Source of the DNA: Candidatus Bipolaricaulota bacterium
GTDB taxonomy: Bacteria; Patescibacteriota; Patescibacteriia; UBA11705; DATKZF01
Reading direction: 5' to 3'
Length of the DNA: 64,000 bases
Assembly (NCBI GenBank): GCA_035528115.1
Contig: DATKZF010000001.1
Coordinates: forward strand, 28,508-92,507
The notes beneath the pieces were generated by a model. The model did no database searches and was not told the origin of the DNA. It worked only from the letters and a program-made list of their open reading frames with translations. Positions 37,116 to 46,932 of the stretch are shown here, piece after piece. Every line of letters starts with the position of its first letter. Within the stretch, counting starts at the first letter, position 1. The translations under genes and the position numbers were made by a program.

Positions 37116-38084
37116 TTAACAAATCCTCGGAATCAATTTTCCTCTCGGCTCTTCGATTTGTCTTTCCGATCCAAGTTTTGTTTTCAAAAAAACGCCTTCG
37201 CCTTCAAAGCATTTGCCAATAATTTTGGCCTCGGGATTGAATTCTTGGAGCTTTTTTAATGCTTCATCAGTGTTTTGAGGACTGACCGCGGCGATAAAGC
37301 GGCCTTCGGAGGGCAATGTAAAAAGCTCAATGCCTAAAAGTTCGGTCAAGGCAAAAACTTCTTTTTTATAAGGCAATTTGTCTTCATCCAAAACAATTTT
37401 TATTTTTGATTTGGCCGCGATTTCATTCATGTTGGCGGCCACGCCGCCGCGAGTCGGATCTTTGGCCGCGTTTAGAAGATGCCCGACCGCCTGAAACTCG
37501 GCCAAGAGCGGCCGGCAGTCGCTTATTAAATCGGTTTGATAGTCAAAGCGATAGGCGAGAAGCGTCAGTCCATGTTCGCCCAAATCTCCGGAAGTTATGA
37601 TGTTATCGCCGGCTTTGGCTCCGCCATTGTCAATCACTCTTTCAACCAAGCCCACGCCGGCCGTGGTTATTTCAATTTTATCGATTTTGCCTTTTTCCAT
37701 CACTTTGGTGTCACCGGTGACAATGGGAATATTCGTTAACTTTGAAATTTTATCAATCGATTCGGCGATTTTGAATAAGTCTTTTTTAGAAAAACCTTCT
37801 TCAAGCACAATGCTCAGCGATAATCCCAGCGGTTTGGCGCCCATCACCGCCAAGTCGTTTATCGTGCCGCAAGCGGCGATTTTGCCAATGTCGCCGCCCG
37901 GAAAAAATATCGGATCCACAATGAAAGCGTCAGTGGTGAAAACCAGCTTTTTGTCTCCCAAATCGAAAATCGCCGCGTCATCTTCGGTGTTGGTCCAGTT
38001 TGTTTTCAGATTAATGATTTTCCTGAGCTCGCGGATAAGTTCATTGTTTTTGAATCCGCCGCCGCCGTGGTCAAGGTCAATCAT
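37116..38084 (-). CDS. hypE: Hydrogenase maturation protein HypE
   Basis: HGGGG, TTDAF..DP.FFPGGDIG, GDTKV, DPTRGG and C-terminal PRIC. Confidence 0.95.
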   Translation of the reverse strand: MIDLDHGGGGFKNNELIRELRKIINLKTNWTNTEDDAAIFDLGDKKLVFTTDAFIVDPIFFPGGDIGKIAACGTINDLAVMGAKPLGLSLSIVLEEGFSKKDLFKIAESIDKISKLTNIPIVTGDTKVMEKGKIDKIEITTAGVGLVERVIDNGGAKAGDNIITSGDLGEHGLTLLAYRFDYQTDLISDCRPLLAEFQAVGHLLNAAKDPTRGGVAANMNEIAAKSKIKIVLDEDKLPYKKEVFALTELLGIELFTLPSEGRFIAAVSPQNTDEALKKLQEFNPEAKIIGKCFEGEGVFLKTKLGSERQIEEPRGKLIPRIC

Positions 38085-38093
38085 ATTAATAAT

Positions 38094-38145
38094 TTCTACC
38101 CCACTTTAGTGGGTGAATACAAAGGCCCACTAAAGTGGGGTAGAA
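38094..38145. repeat. Inverted doublet of 20-bp hairpin units between hypD and hypE
   Basis: ttctaccccactttagtggg - 12 bp - cccactaaagtggggtagaa. It provides the hypD stop codon. Confidence 0.75.
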
Positions 38146-39170
38146 TTTTTATATTTATATTCAATTTGGCAAGATCCCTCAACCGACACCATACAAGCCC
38201 CTTGCGGGTTTTCCGGTGTGCAAATTTTAGCGAAAAGGGGACAGTCAGCCGGTTTGGCCAGACCTTGCAGTATTTTACCACAAATGCAGGCGCTTGGCCT
38301 ATATTCGGTGTTTTTTCTTATATTTTCAATTAAATCGTGATGAATAAACTCGGTATCCTGATTTTGAAATTCCTTTCTAATTTTTAAGCCTGAATTTGGT
38401 ATGTTTCCGAGGCCGCGCCAGCGCGCATCTGAAATTTCAAAGACTTCATTGATTAATTTTCGCGCTTCAATATTGCCTTCGGGTCGTACGACGCGCGTAT
38501 ATTCGTTCTTGAGTTCATTTTTTCCGCTGACAATCATTTCAAGCAACCACTGAATCGAAAGCAAGACGTCTTCGGGTTCAAATCCTGAAATCACTTGCGG
38601 CACATTAAATTGCTTAAAAGGCTCCTCTCCGATAATGGCCGCAACATGGCCCGGATCAAGGAATCCGTCGATTTGAATATTAGGGCTTGAAAGTAAAGCG
38701 GCCATGGCCGGCGGGAACAGTTTGTGAGCTGAATATACCTTTAAACCTTGCTTGATCGCCCAGGCTGACATGGGTGTGGTGGTCTCAAATCCTATGCCAA
38801 AAAACGCCAAATCATTTATTTGTTCAGCGAGTTTTACAGCGTCGAGAGTGGAGTAAACCACTTCGATTTTTTTGCCTTGTTGCCTTAATTTTTCAAGGCT
38901 TGAATTTGTCCCGGGCAAGGATAGAGCGTCGCCGTAAACGGCGATGGGCACATCGTTTTCCGCCAGGCCGATGACAACATCAATGTCAGTCTGATCGGTG
39001 ACGCAGATCGGACAGCCGGGCCCGGAAATAAGCTCAACGTTTGGCGGAAGCAAACTTTTCAAACCGTACTTGGCCACGGTTTGCGAATGCGTGCCGCAGA
39101 GTTCCATCAGTGTGACCGGGCGGTTGATTTGAGAAGCGAGTGTGTTAATTTTATTGATGATTTTTTGCAT
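38130..39170 (-). CDS. hypD: Hydrogenase maturation protein HypD
   Basis: CGTH, GPGCPIC, GFETT, PGHV and C-terminal CICG...CPLF...CTP..P.GACMVS.EG.C. Confidence 0.95.
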   Translation of the reverse strand: MQKIINKINTLASQINRPVTLMELCGTHSQTVAKYGLKSLLPPNVELISGPGCPICVTDQTDIDVVIGLAENDVPIAVYGDALSLPGTNSSLEKLRQQGKKIEVVYSTLDAVKLAEQINDLAFFGIGFETTTPMSAWAIKQGLKVYSAHKLFPPAMAALLSSPNIQIDGFLDPGHVAAIIGEEPFKQFNVPQVISGFEPEDVLLSIQWLLEMIVSGKNELKNEYTRVVRPEGNIEARKLINEVFEISDARWRGLGNIPNSGLKIRKEFQNQDTEFIHHDLIENIRKNTEYRPSACICGKILQGLAKPADCPLFAKICTPENPQGACMVSVEGSCQIEYKYKNSTPL

Positions 39171-39283
39171 GAATGTTATTTAATCGCGAATCTATTGAAT
39201 TTTTTATAGTAAATGTTATAATAAATAAAACTTACTGCAGGCGCTGTGTCAATACATGGAGTTATTGTATTATAAGGGGGATA

Positions 39284-39517
39284 ATGATGGCTGGGTATGG
39301 GTTTAGGCCTGGTGTGGCTGGAAGTGGTGGGTCGCCGATAGACTGGGAAGAGAGGGCGAGACAGAGGAAGATGTCACAGGCCGGCCACATCATAGTTAAG
39401 GCCGTCTTTGCCAGAGGAGGCACTGATGAGGATTGGATGAGAATTTTCCATGACCGAGGCCTGGTAGATCGCCTGGCAGAAATGATCATTCAAAAGCCCG
39501 AGCCCACCTCCAAGTAG
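39284..39517 (+). CDS. Small hypothetical protein inserted antisense between hypC and hypD
   Basis: TTGAAT/TATAAT promoter at about 39195-39222, AAGGGGG SD and higher GC than the neighbours. Confidence 0.55.
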   Translation: MMAGYGFRPGVAGSGGSPIDWEERARQRKMSQAGHIIVKAVFARGGTDEDWMRIFHDRGLVDRLAEMIIQKPEPTSK

Positions 39518-39552
39518 GGGCAGCATATCTTGACTCTTGAAGTTCCCGCGCG

Positions 39553-39759
39553 TCATTCGCGCCGGAGCTTTTTAATTTCATCAGCTTCGTTTTTATCAAC
39601 AATTTCAATGGCAAACCCCGCGTGCACAATCACAAAATCTCCCGGATTTGGTGTTATCAGGCTTATATTAACTCTTTTTTTCAGGCCGTTAAAATCAACC
39701 AGCGCGGTTTGGCTTGTTTTATCCATTGATTCAATTTTTCCGGGAATGGCTAAGCACAT
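39553..39759 (-). CDS. hypC: Hydrogenase chaperone HypC
   Basis: MCLAIPG...GDFVIVHAGFAI. Confidence 0.95.
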   Translation of the reverse strand: MCLAIPGKIESMDKTSQTALVDFNGLKKRVNISLITPNPGDFVIVHAGFAIEIVDKNEADEIKKLRRE

Positions 39760-39898
39760 AATTTTAAGAGGGATTAAGGTTGGTTTATATGTCCTTTTGT
39801 TTCATGATTCATGCTCCATGACGTTATGTTGATAACTTTTGATGATAATTGTTTAAGATGCTATAATTTTAACAGAAACATTATTAACTTCAAATTTT

Positions 39899-40222
39899 AT
39901 GAATGGTGACACCACTCCGGCTCCATCAAGCGAGTCTTCAAAAATGCAGTTAAAAGTTGAGGTTCCTTGGAGAGAAAAGATTTCTCGTCTGTTTATTTTT
40001 AGATTTCTCTGGGTATTCGTGCTCGTTTGGGTGCTTTATGTTTGGATGATTTGGATCGGCTTGGTAAATTTTGTTCATTTTTGGTACATGTTGATTTTAG
40101 GCAAAAAACATCAAGCCATGTGGAAGAAAAACGTCAGATTTTTCAAAACCATGACCGAATGGAATTCGTATTTATCGAATTTAACTGATGAAAGGCCGAA
40201 ATTCATTGGCGATAAGGTTTAA
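39899..40222 (+). CDS. DUF4389-like membrane protein
   Basis: ISRLFIFR, TM segment, ILGK and YL..LTDERP.F. Confidence 0.75.
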   Translation: MNGDTTPAPSSESSKMQLKVEVPWREKISRLFIFRFLWVFVLVWVLYVWMIWIGLVNFVHFWYMLILGKKHQAMWKKNVRFFKTMTEWNSYLSNLTDERPKFIGDKV

Positions 40223-40270
40223 TCGACGAAATAAAAAATCAGCGATGAAAAATACGCTGATTTTTTATAT

Positions 40271-41857
40271 TTACATTTGAAGCAGATTGGTTCCGGTCAT
40301 TTCCGGAGCCGGGGGAATGCCGACTTGCGCTAAAATTGTGGGCGCCACGTCAGAGAGAATGCCCAGCGGGCTGTTTAAGGAAAGATCCCCGTTTTCACCG
40401 GTTTGAATGGTTTGACCGGCGTGTTTATTGCTCACGGCGATGAATGGCACCGGATAAATGCTGTGCTCTTTGTCTATTTTGCCGGTTTGAAGATTAACCA
40501 ATTCTTCGGCGTTGCCATGATCTCCGACAATAAAGGCCATTCCTTGCTTGGCCAAAATCGCGGAAATGACTTTTTCCAAACATGAGTCAACTGCGTTAAC
40601 GGCTGAGACTGTGGCTTGCAAATTGCCCGTATGGCCGACCATGTCGGGGTTGGCGTAATTAATGGCCATGAATTGATATTTATCCGAAGCCAAGGCTTTT
40701 AATATTTCATCGGTCACTATATTGGCGGACATTTCAGGCTGTTTATCATAACTGTCAACCAGCGGCGACGGAATGAGCATTCTGTCTTCTCCGGGGAATT
40801 TTTCTTCGATTTGTCCGTTCAAAAAATAAGTGACATGCGCGTATTTTTCCGTTTCCGCGATATGGAGCTGTTTGAAACCGTTGTCGCTGAAGACTTTGGC
40901 CAAGGGATTGGCAATGGTTTGCCGCGGATAGGAGACTTTAACCGGCAAACCCGTTTTGTAATCCGTCAAAGTGACGAAGGTCAGTCCGTCAATGAAATTT
41001 CGTTGGAATTTATCAAAATTCGGTTCAACGAAAGCTTGCGTCAATTGCACGGCTCGATCAGCTCTGAAATTGAAGAAAATCACCGCGTCTTCTTCGGAGA
41101 CCATGGCGAGCGGCTGGTTTTTTTTGTCCACCACAGCGCAAGGCGGGAATTCTTCGTCGAATATTTGATTTTGATAAGACTCTTTTAACGTTTTTAACGG
41201 ATCGGTGGTGGAAATGGCTCCTTTGCCTTCGGCAATGGCCGAATAAGCCTGGCTTGTCTTATCCCAATTTTTATTTCTGTCCATGCCGAAAATTCTCCCA
41301 GTGATCGAAGCGACCTCTCCGCATTTTTGTTTTTTGCAAAATTTCATGATGTCTTCCAAAAATCCCGCGCCGGAGTCTCTGGCAGAGTCGCGGCCGTCAA
41401 GAAACAGATGTAAAAAAGTTTGTTTTTTCAATTTGTTTTCTTTGCAAAGCTTTATCAGCGCTTCCAAATGCCGCTGGTGCGCGTGCACGCCTCCGTTGCC
41501 GAGCAAGCCGATCAAATGAATTTTCGATTTGTTTTGAACGGCTTTTTGAACGGCCGCAAGCAGATTTTCATTTTTGAAAAAATTCCCGTCTTCGATTTCT
41601 TTATCGATTCTGGGCAAGCTTTGATAATGAAGAACGCCGGAGCCGATATTCAAATGGCCCACTTCGGAATTGCCGACTTCACCCCAAGGCAGTCCCACGT
41701 TCACGCCGGACGCTTCAAGCAGCATGGTCGGATAAGATCCGATGAGTTTTTTGTAAAACGGAGCCGAGCTGAGGCTGATGGCGTTCGATTGGCCGGGAGT
41801 GGCAATGCCAAAGCCGTCCAGCACAATCAAAACAACGGGATTGTATGATAACTGCAT
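40271..41857 (-). CDS. gpmI: 2,3-bisphosphoglycerate-independent phosphoglycerate mutase
   Basis: LDGFG, GNSEVGH, DGRD, FNFRADRA, AETEKYAHVT, NPDMVGHTG and DHGNAE. Confidence 0.97.
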   Translation of the reverse strand: MQLSYNPVVLIVLDGFGIATPGQSNAISLSSAPFYKKLIGSYPTMLLEASGVNVGLPWGEVGNSEVGHLNIGSGVLHYQSLPRIDKEIEDGNFFKNENLLAAVQKAVQNKSKIHLIGLLGNGGVHAHQRHLEALIKLCKENKLKKQTFLHLFLDGRDSARDSGAGFLEDIMKFCKKQKCGEVASITGRIFGMDRNKNWDKTSQAYSAIAEGKGAISTTDPLKTLKESYQNQIFDEEFPPCAVVDKKNQPLAMVSEEDAVIFFNFRADRAVQLTQAFVEPNFDKFQRNFIDGLTFVTLTDYKTGLPVKVSYPRQTIANPLAKVFSDNGFKQLHIAETEKYAHVTYFLNGQIEEKFPGEDRMLIPSPLVDSYDKQPEMSANIVTDEILKALASDKYQFMAINYANPDMVGHTGNLQATVSAVNAVDSCLEKVISAILAKQGMAFIVGDHGNAEELVNLQTGKIDKEHSIYPVPFIAVSNKHAGQTIQTGENGDLSLNSPLGILSDVAPTILAQVGIPPAPEMTGTNLLQM

Positions 41858-41861
41858 AATA

Positions 41862-42095
41862 TTAAGCTTTTATTTCTTTGATTATTTCGTCTATTTTTTT
41901 GTCCAGATCCGTCGCGTCCTTGATTATTTGAGTTTTCTTGTATCCATCGTCCGTTTTTTCCGCCTGCACCACGTAAATGTTGCGATCGTAAATGATGCGC
42001 GTCAAATCCGGCAAAAGTTTGGCTTTTTGATCCGGATCCGTGACTTTGTAATCGGCAAAATATTGCTCGATGGATTTTTGTTTCAAGGTGTCCAT
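41862..42095 (-). CDS. Small hypothetical protein co-transcribed with gpmI
   Basis: 77-aa ORF ending 4 bp upstream of gpmI. Confidence 0.65.
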   Translation of the reverse strand: MDTLKQKSIEQYFADYKVTDPDQKAKLLPDLTRIIYDRNIYVVQAEKTDDGYKKTQIIKDATDLDKKIDEIIKEIKA

Positions 42096-42169
42096 AAGTA
42101 TTTTTATTAATTCAATTAAATTATACTTGATTTGAGTTATTAAATCAAAAAGTTAAGTGGTATAATGTT

Positions 42170-42390
42170 CATGGAGCCAATGGAGCATTGTTACTAATTA
42201 CAATCATCCAGTAGGCCGATTGATATATAATTACGAATTACAAAAAGCTGATTAGCTTTAAACGATTCTTACTAATTACTTTCACCTATATCCTTAAGCC
42301 TGAGAATGTTGTAATTCGAAACAAATAACCTAGAAGCTAAATGGAAGATTGTAATTGGTAACAATAAAACAATGAAGCAATGAAGCAATC
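42170..42390. repeat. Modular inverted-repeat array D (five degenerate sites) flanked by caatggag/caatgaag octamers
   Basis: Sites at 42188, 42228, 42266, 42309 and 42349. Collinear with array B but carries one extra spacer. Confidence 0.85.
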
Positions 42391-42406
42391 TTTTCTCCAA
42401 ATATAT

Positions 42407-42685
42407 ATGCAAAAAGAAAAAGAAAACGAAAAAAAATCCATCAAGCTTGAAGTGCTTGAGAAATTGTCCGCGCTTATTATCGCGGGCTTTGGTTTGGTCG
42501 CGGCCTTGGCTTGGAATGACGCCATTAAGGCGTTGTTCAATAAGTTTTTTCCGGCGCCTTCCGGCAATCTGGTCGCCGGATTGATTTACGCGGTCGCCAT
42601 AACCGCGATTGTGGTAATTGTCACCATCCAATTCGGCCGGATGATCAGGCGCGCCAAAAACGTGGTTGATAAATTGGACAAATAA
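42407..42685 (+). CDS. DUF5654-family small membrane protein
   Basis: AGFGLVAALAWNDAIK motif. Confidence 0.8.
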   Translation: MQKEKENEKKSIKLEVLEKLSALIIAGFGLVAALAWNDAIKALFNKFFPAPSGNLVAGLIYAVAITAIVVIVTIQFGRMIRRAKNVVDKLDK

Positions 42686-42756
42686 ATAATATCAACAACT
42701 TCGCCCGACGAATCGTATAAAAAATGCTATAATCTAAACATCTTTTATTTTTTATT

Positions 42757-44694
42757 ATGCGGAGAAAATTCATGATCGCCGCAATAATGGTGTTGATGAC
42801 CGTTGCTTTGGTCGGCAACGGATTTTGGCGTCAAGAAACATTGGCCGCCGAATTGTACGCGGCCTCGGACTCCGTGTCTTCGCATCAACCCGGAGCAAAA
42901 TCAAACCATACCATAAGTTTCAAAACGCCGTCCGGCGTTCACGCGCCCGCTTCAAGCATTACCATCGGATTCGCTTTGGATTTTAATGTCAGCGGGCTTG
43001 ATTTCAGTGACCTTGATTTGACTCACGGTCCGATCAGCGGTTCCGAAACATCCGAGGCCTTGGCTGCTGCCGCTGGCGTCAATGTTTGGGGGGCGTTTTT
43101 CGCCGGCAATGTTTTGTTTTTAATGCCGCCGACCAATGCCGGCATCAATGAAATCGCGCCAAGCGATACCGTAATTTTAGGCATTGGGTCGCAAACGGAC
43201 ACCGGCGCAAATGACATAGAAAATCCGGCGGTCGTCGGCTCTTACGATGTTTTGATCGCCGGGGATTTCGGCGACGGCAAGACCATTTCCGTGGCCATAG
43301 CCGATACCACGGTAAGTGTCGGCTCGACCGTGGTGGAGTCGGGCAGCGGGATTTACGGAGATACCACGCCCCCGATTATTTCAGATGTCGAGGTAATCAA
43401 TATTACTCCTTATGCCGCCACGATTACCTGGGTGACCAATGAAGCGGCGAATTCGAGAGTCGAATACGGATTGGATCGCGCTCATGACGCGGTTTCCGTT
43501 TTTAACGGCTCGTTCGTTGTGTCGCACTCGATTGATTTAATGAATTTGAAACCCGATACCGTTTATTATTTTCAAATAATCTCTTTGGATCAATCTGGCA
43601 ATCAGGCAATCGCCGGAAATCTCTCTTTTACCACCTTGCCGGAAGTGGAAGAGTTGTTTGTTTATAATATTCGAGTCAGAAATATTACCGCTCATTCGGC
43701 GGATGTTTTATGGGAATCAAACAGAGAAGCGGATTCGAGAGTGGACTTCGGTCTGACCGAAGAAGCTGAGACCGGTTTTTTTTACGATGAGGCTTTTGTT
43801 CGCGAACATGTAATTCATCTTAACGGACTTCGCGCCGAAACCAAATATTATTTCAATGTCACTTCCGAAGATGAATTCAAAAATGAAGTTACTGGCACCG
43901 GCCATTATTTCACCACCAAAAGTGAAGAATTGTTCGTGCCGAACGTGAAAAATTTCGACGCTAAATCCGATGTTGAAAATTATCGCGCGATATTAACCTG
44001 GGAAAACCCCATTTATCCCGAATTTCACGGCGTGACCATAAAAAGAAGTCTCGCCGGTTATCCGGCTTATCCGTCCGAGGGAGACTTTGTTTACGGCGGC
44101 GCCGCTCAAATCGCCTACGACAATAATCTTGCGCTGGGAGTGATATATTATTATTCGGCTTTCGCTTATGACGGATCCGGGAATTTTTCATCCGGCGCGT
44201 TCAGTTGGACGATTTTGATTCCGAAACATTATTTGACGATTAAAGCCAAGCCCGAGAAAAGAGTCCCGAAAATCGGCAATTGGGACACGAGCGCGGTCGT
44301 GACTTTTAAAACACCCGGAGAAAATTTTTCTTCAAATCTTTATTTGGTGGAAACAAACGCCCAAGGCGAGGCTGATTTGGTCATTGATGATTTAATACCG
44401 GGAATCTACGATTCCACGTTTAAGGGCTTGTCTCATTTGAAAAAAAAGCTTTACGGTTTGGACATTCGAATCAATGGAAATAATTTTTTGGACTTTACGC
44501 AAGGCGACACTTTTCACCTTTTGGCCGGAGACGTTCAGCGATCCAAAGACAATTACGTCAACGGATTGGATATCGCGGCCATGGAAAATAATATATACAC
44601 CGGAGATGTTGACGTTGATTTGAATCAAGATTACGTGGTTAATGGGTTGGATTTCAGCGTCCTGTCGGCGAATTTTTATAAATGGGGAGACTGA
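42757..44694 (+). CDS. Secreted Fn3/Ig-repeat protein with C-terminal dockerin-like domain
   Basis: Signal peptide; ATITWVTNE..SRVEYG and ADVLWESN..SRVDFG Fn3 repeats; duplicated GDV...DNYVNGLDI / DLNQDYVVNGLDF. Confidence 0.78.
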   Translation: MRRKFMIAAIMVLMTVALVGNGFWRQETLAAELYAASDSVSSHQPGAKSNHTISFKTPSGVHAPASSITIGFALDFNVSGLDFSDLDLTHGPISGSETSEALAAAAGVNVWGAFFAGNVLFLMPPTNAGINEIAPSDTVILGIGSQTDTGANDIENPAVVGSYDVLIAGDFGDGKTISVAIADTTVSVGSTVVESGSGIYGDTTPPIISDVEVINITPYAATITWVTNEAANSRVEYGLDRAHDAVSVFNGSFVVSHSIDLMNLKPDTVYYFQIISLDQSGNQAIAGNLSFTTLPEVEELFVYNIRVRNITAHSADVLWESNREADSRVDFGLTEEAETGFFYDEAFVREHVIHLNGLRAETKYYFNVTSEDEFKNEVTGTGHYFTTKSEELFVPNVKNFDAKSDVENYRAILTWENPIYPEFHGVTIKRSLAGYPAYPSEGDFVYGGAAQIAYDNNLALGVIYYYSAFAYDGSGNFSSGAFSWTILIPKHYLTIKAKPEKRVPKIGNWDTSAVVTFKTPGENFSSNLYLVETNAQGEADLVIDDLIPGIYDSTFKGLSHLKKKLYGLDIRINGNNFLDFTQGDTFHLLAGDVQRSKDNYVNGLDIAAMENNIYTGDVDVDLNQDYVVNGLDFSVLSANFYKWGD

Positions 44695-44700
44695 GTTGAT

Positions 44701-46932
44701 ATGAAAAGCATTTTTAAATCATCATTTATCCTGCTGTTTTTGGCCGTGATTTTGATTTTCGGGCAAGACGCTTTGGCCGCCAAATTTTATTTTGCCCCTG
44801 CCGGAGGCTCAATGTCTTCGAATTGCGAAAATTCGCTCGATATCATGATTGATACCGAAGGCGCCGGCACGATAGCGGCGGACGCCATTATTGAATTTAA
44901 TCCGGACGATATTGAGATTATCGATCAGTCGCCCGCTCCGGGCATCCAAATAAAAACCGGTGGCGCGTATGAAATGTATCCGGGTAATAAAATTGATCCT
45001 TCGGGCAAAATATTTTTGACCGGGTTTGATTCTTTGCAAGTATTCAACGGCACCGGAATTTTCGGCTCGATTGTCTTCAAAAGCAAGCCGGGAGTTCAAA
45101 ATACCGAATTCAATTTTTATTTTCAACGGAATCTGACGACCGACAGCAATGTCGCCAACCTCAACAGCGAGGATGTTTTGACAGCGGCCTCGGGCGCGAA
45201 TTTTTCTTTTCTGGCAATGGCTTGCGACAAAGATTTGTCCCCGCCGAGATTGGAAAATATCAGTCCCGCGGTATCCGCCAAGAACGTGGCTTGGGATTCC
45301 AAAGTGGCTTTTAACATCGTCGATGACGGGGCTGGCGTTGATTTGTCCACGGTCAAGGTCGTGGTGGACGGTGTGCGTTACGCCGTTGACGAAGAAGTGT
45401 CGTTTGATTTCACCGGAGACAAAAATGATTATAAAATAATTATTGACCCGCTCTATGATTTTTTTGAAAATGACACGATTAACGTGGAAATAAAAGTCGC
45501 GGACTTAAAAGGGAATGTCATGCCGACATTTTTTTACTCATTTTCAACGGGCAAAGCAATCGATCAAGAGCCCGTTTTACCCGCGGATTTTATGTCCGAG
45601 GAGGTTACCGTGCCGCAAGATTTGAGGCTTGATTTGTCTCAAGTCGAATTTTGGGCGGCCGCGCACACCGTGCCTTTGCTCCAGAGCAAGACCGGCGTCA
45701 TTTCGATTTTGCCTTTGAGCGTCTTTACCGCGGAATTTAACGCCTCCGCCTTATCAAAGCCGGTTAAAGACGCGCAATTGGCAATCGGTTCATCGATTTA
45801 TCAATTCGCGAAAACCAGCGACGGTTTGTTGTATAAAGTCAGTCTCCAAAGCGATGCGGAACCGGGATTTTATCCCGCTAAAATCATTATCAGGTATCTG
45901 GACGGTTCCATCGACGCGGTGGATTTCGCCGTCAATGTTTTGCCCTGGGGTGATATTTATGAGACGATAAGCGGGGAAAAGTCATTCGTGCCGGACGCGA
46001 CAATAATGTTAACGGATGATACCTCCAACGCGATTTGGCCGGGTTCGGCTTTTTCGCAAGCCAATCCGTCGCAAAGCGATCTTGAGGGCTCTTTCGGTTT
46101 TTTGACCGCGCCCGGACAATATAAAATCAAAATAGAAAAGGAAGGCTATAAAACAAGAGAAGTTTTTTTCGACAACGGGTCGATAATAAATCCCTCGATT
46201 GAATTGCTCGCTCTGCCGAAACCTTTAGCGACCGCGGGCGGCGCGATTGGATATATCAAATCTTTCGGCAAACTGATCAAATTCAAAATGAAATCGTTGG
46301 CTCAGACGTTGAGTTTGCCCGGAGTCACTCGGTTCGCGGCCAATGTCTTGTTCCCGGCCGCTTTGATCGCCACCTTGGTCAATTTGTTGAACGCCTTGGT
46401 TTCTCTGCGCTGGTTGGTTTATTTGTTCCTCTGGAGTCCGATGGCTTTTGTTCGAAAGCAACACAAGGATGGTCTGGTCTTTGACGCGAAAACGAATCGT
46501 CCCGTGCCGCTGGCCGTGGTTCATCTGATAGATATTGAGACGGACAAAATCGTCGCCACTCAAATCACGGGCAGAAACGGCCATTACAGTTTCAGAGCGA
46601 AAAAGGGTTCGTATAAAATTTTTGTCAGAAAACCTCATTACAAATATTCTCCCGACAATGAGACGATTGAAGTGACCGAGCCGATCGGCATTATCGCCAA
46701 AAACGTGGCGATGGAGCACGTCGGAGAATCAAAATTGCCGAACGGATTGATCAAATTCGGTATTTTCGCGCAAAAAACCGTGGCCATGATCGCTTGCTTT
46801 ATCGTTTTGGCCGAATTTATTTTGGACAGGACTTATTTTAATTTGTTTTTATTAATCGTTAATCTGGCGATTGTAATATTAATATTTGGCGTGGCCAAAA
46901 AAAAGGCAACGCGAAATTTTAACAAAATATGA
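44701..46932 (+). CDS. Membrane-anchored protein: cohesin-like N-terminal domain, Ig-like and carboxypeptidase-regulatory-like domains
   Basis: Signal peptide; cohesin-like LDIMIDT..AADAIIEFNP..G.G.FGSIVFK; G.VFDA.T..PV..A.V and TG.NG.Y.F; several TM segments. Confidence 0.7.
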   Translation: MKSIFKSSFILLFLAVILIFGQDALAAKFYFAPAGGSMSSNCENSLDIMIDTEGAGTIAADAIIEFNPDDIEIIDQSPAPGIQIKTGGAYEMYPGNKIDPSGKIFLTGFDSLQVFNGTGIFGSIVFKSKPGVQNTEFNFYFQRNLTTDSNVANLNSEDVLTAASGANFSFLAMACDKDLSPPRLENISPAVSAKNVAWDSKVAFNIVDDGAGVDLSTVKVVVDGVRYAVDEEVSFDFTGDKNDYKIIIDPLYDFFENDTINVEIKVADLKGNVMPTFFYSFSTGKAIDQEPVLPADFMSEEVTVPQDLRLDLSQVEFWAAAHTVPLLQSKTGVISILPLSVFTAEFNASALSKPVKDAQLAIGSSIYQFAKTSDGLLYKVSLQSDAEPGFYPAKIIIRYLDGSIDAVDFAVNVLPWGDIYETISGEKSFVPDATIMLTDDTSNAIWPGSAFSQANPSQSDLEGSFGFLTAPGQYKIKIEKEGYKTREVFFDNGSIINPSIELLALPKPLATAGGAIGYIKSFGKLIKFKMKSLAQTLSLPGVTRFAANVLFPAALIATLVNLLNALVSLRWLVYLFLWSPMAFVRKQHKDGLVFDAKTNRPVPLAVVHLIDIETDKIVATQITGRNGHYSFRAKKGSYKIFVRKPHYKYSPDNETIEVTEPIGIIAKNVAMEHVGESKLPNGLIKFGIFAQKTVAMIACFIVLAEFILDRTYFNLFLLIVNLAIVILIFGVAKKKATRNFNKI

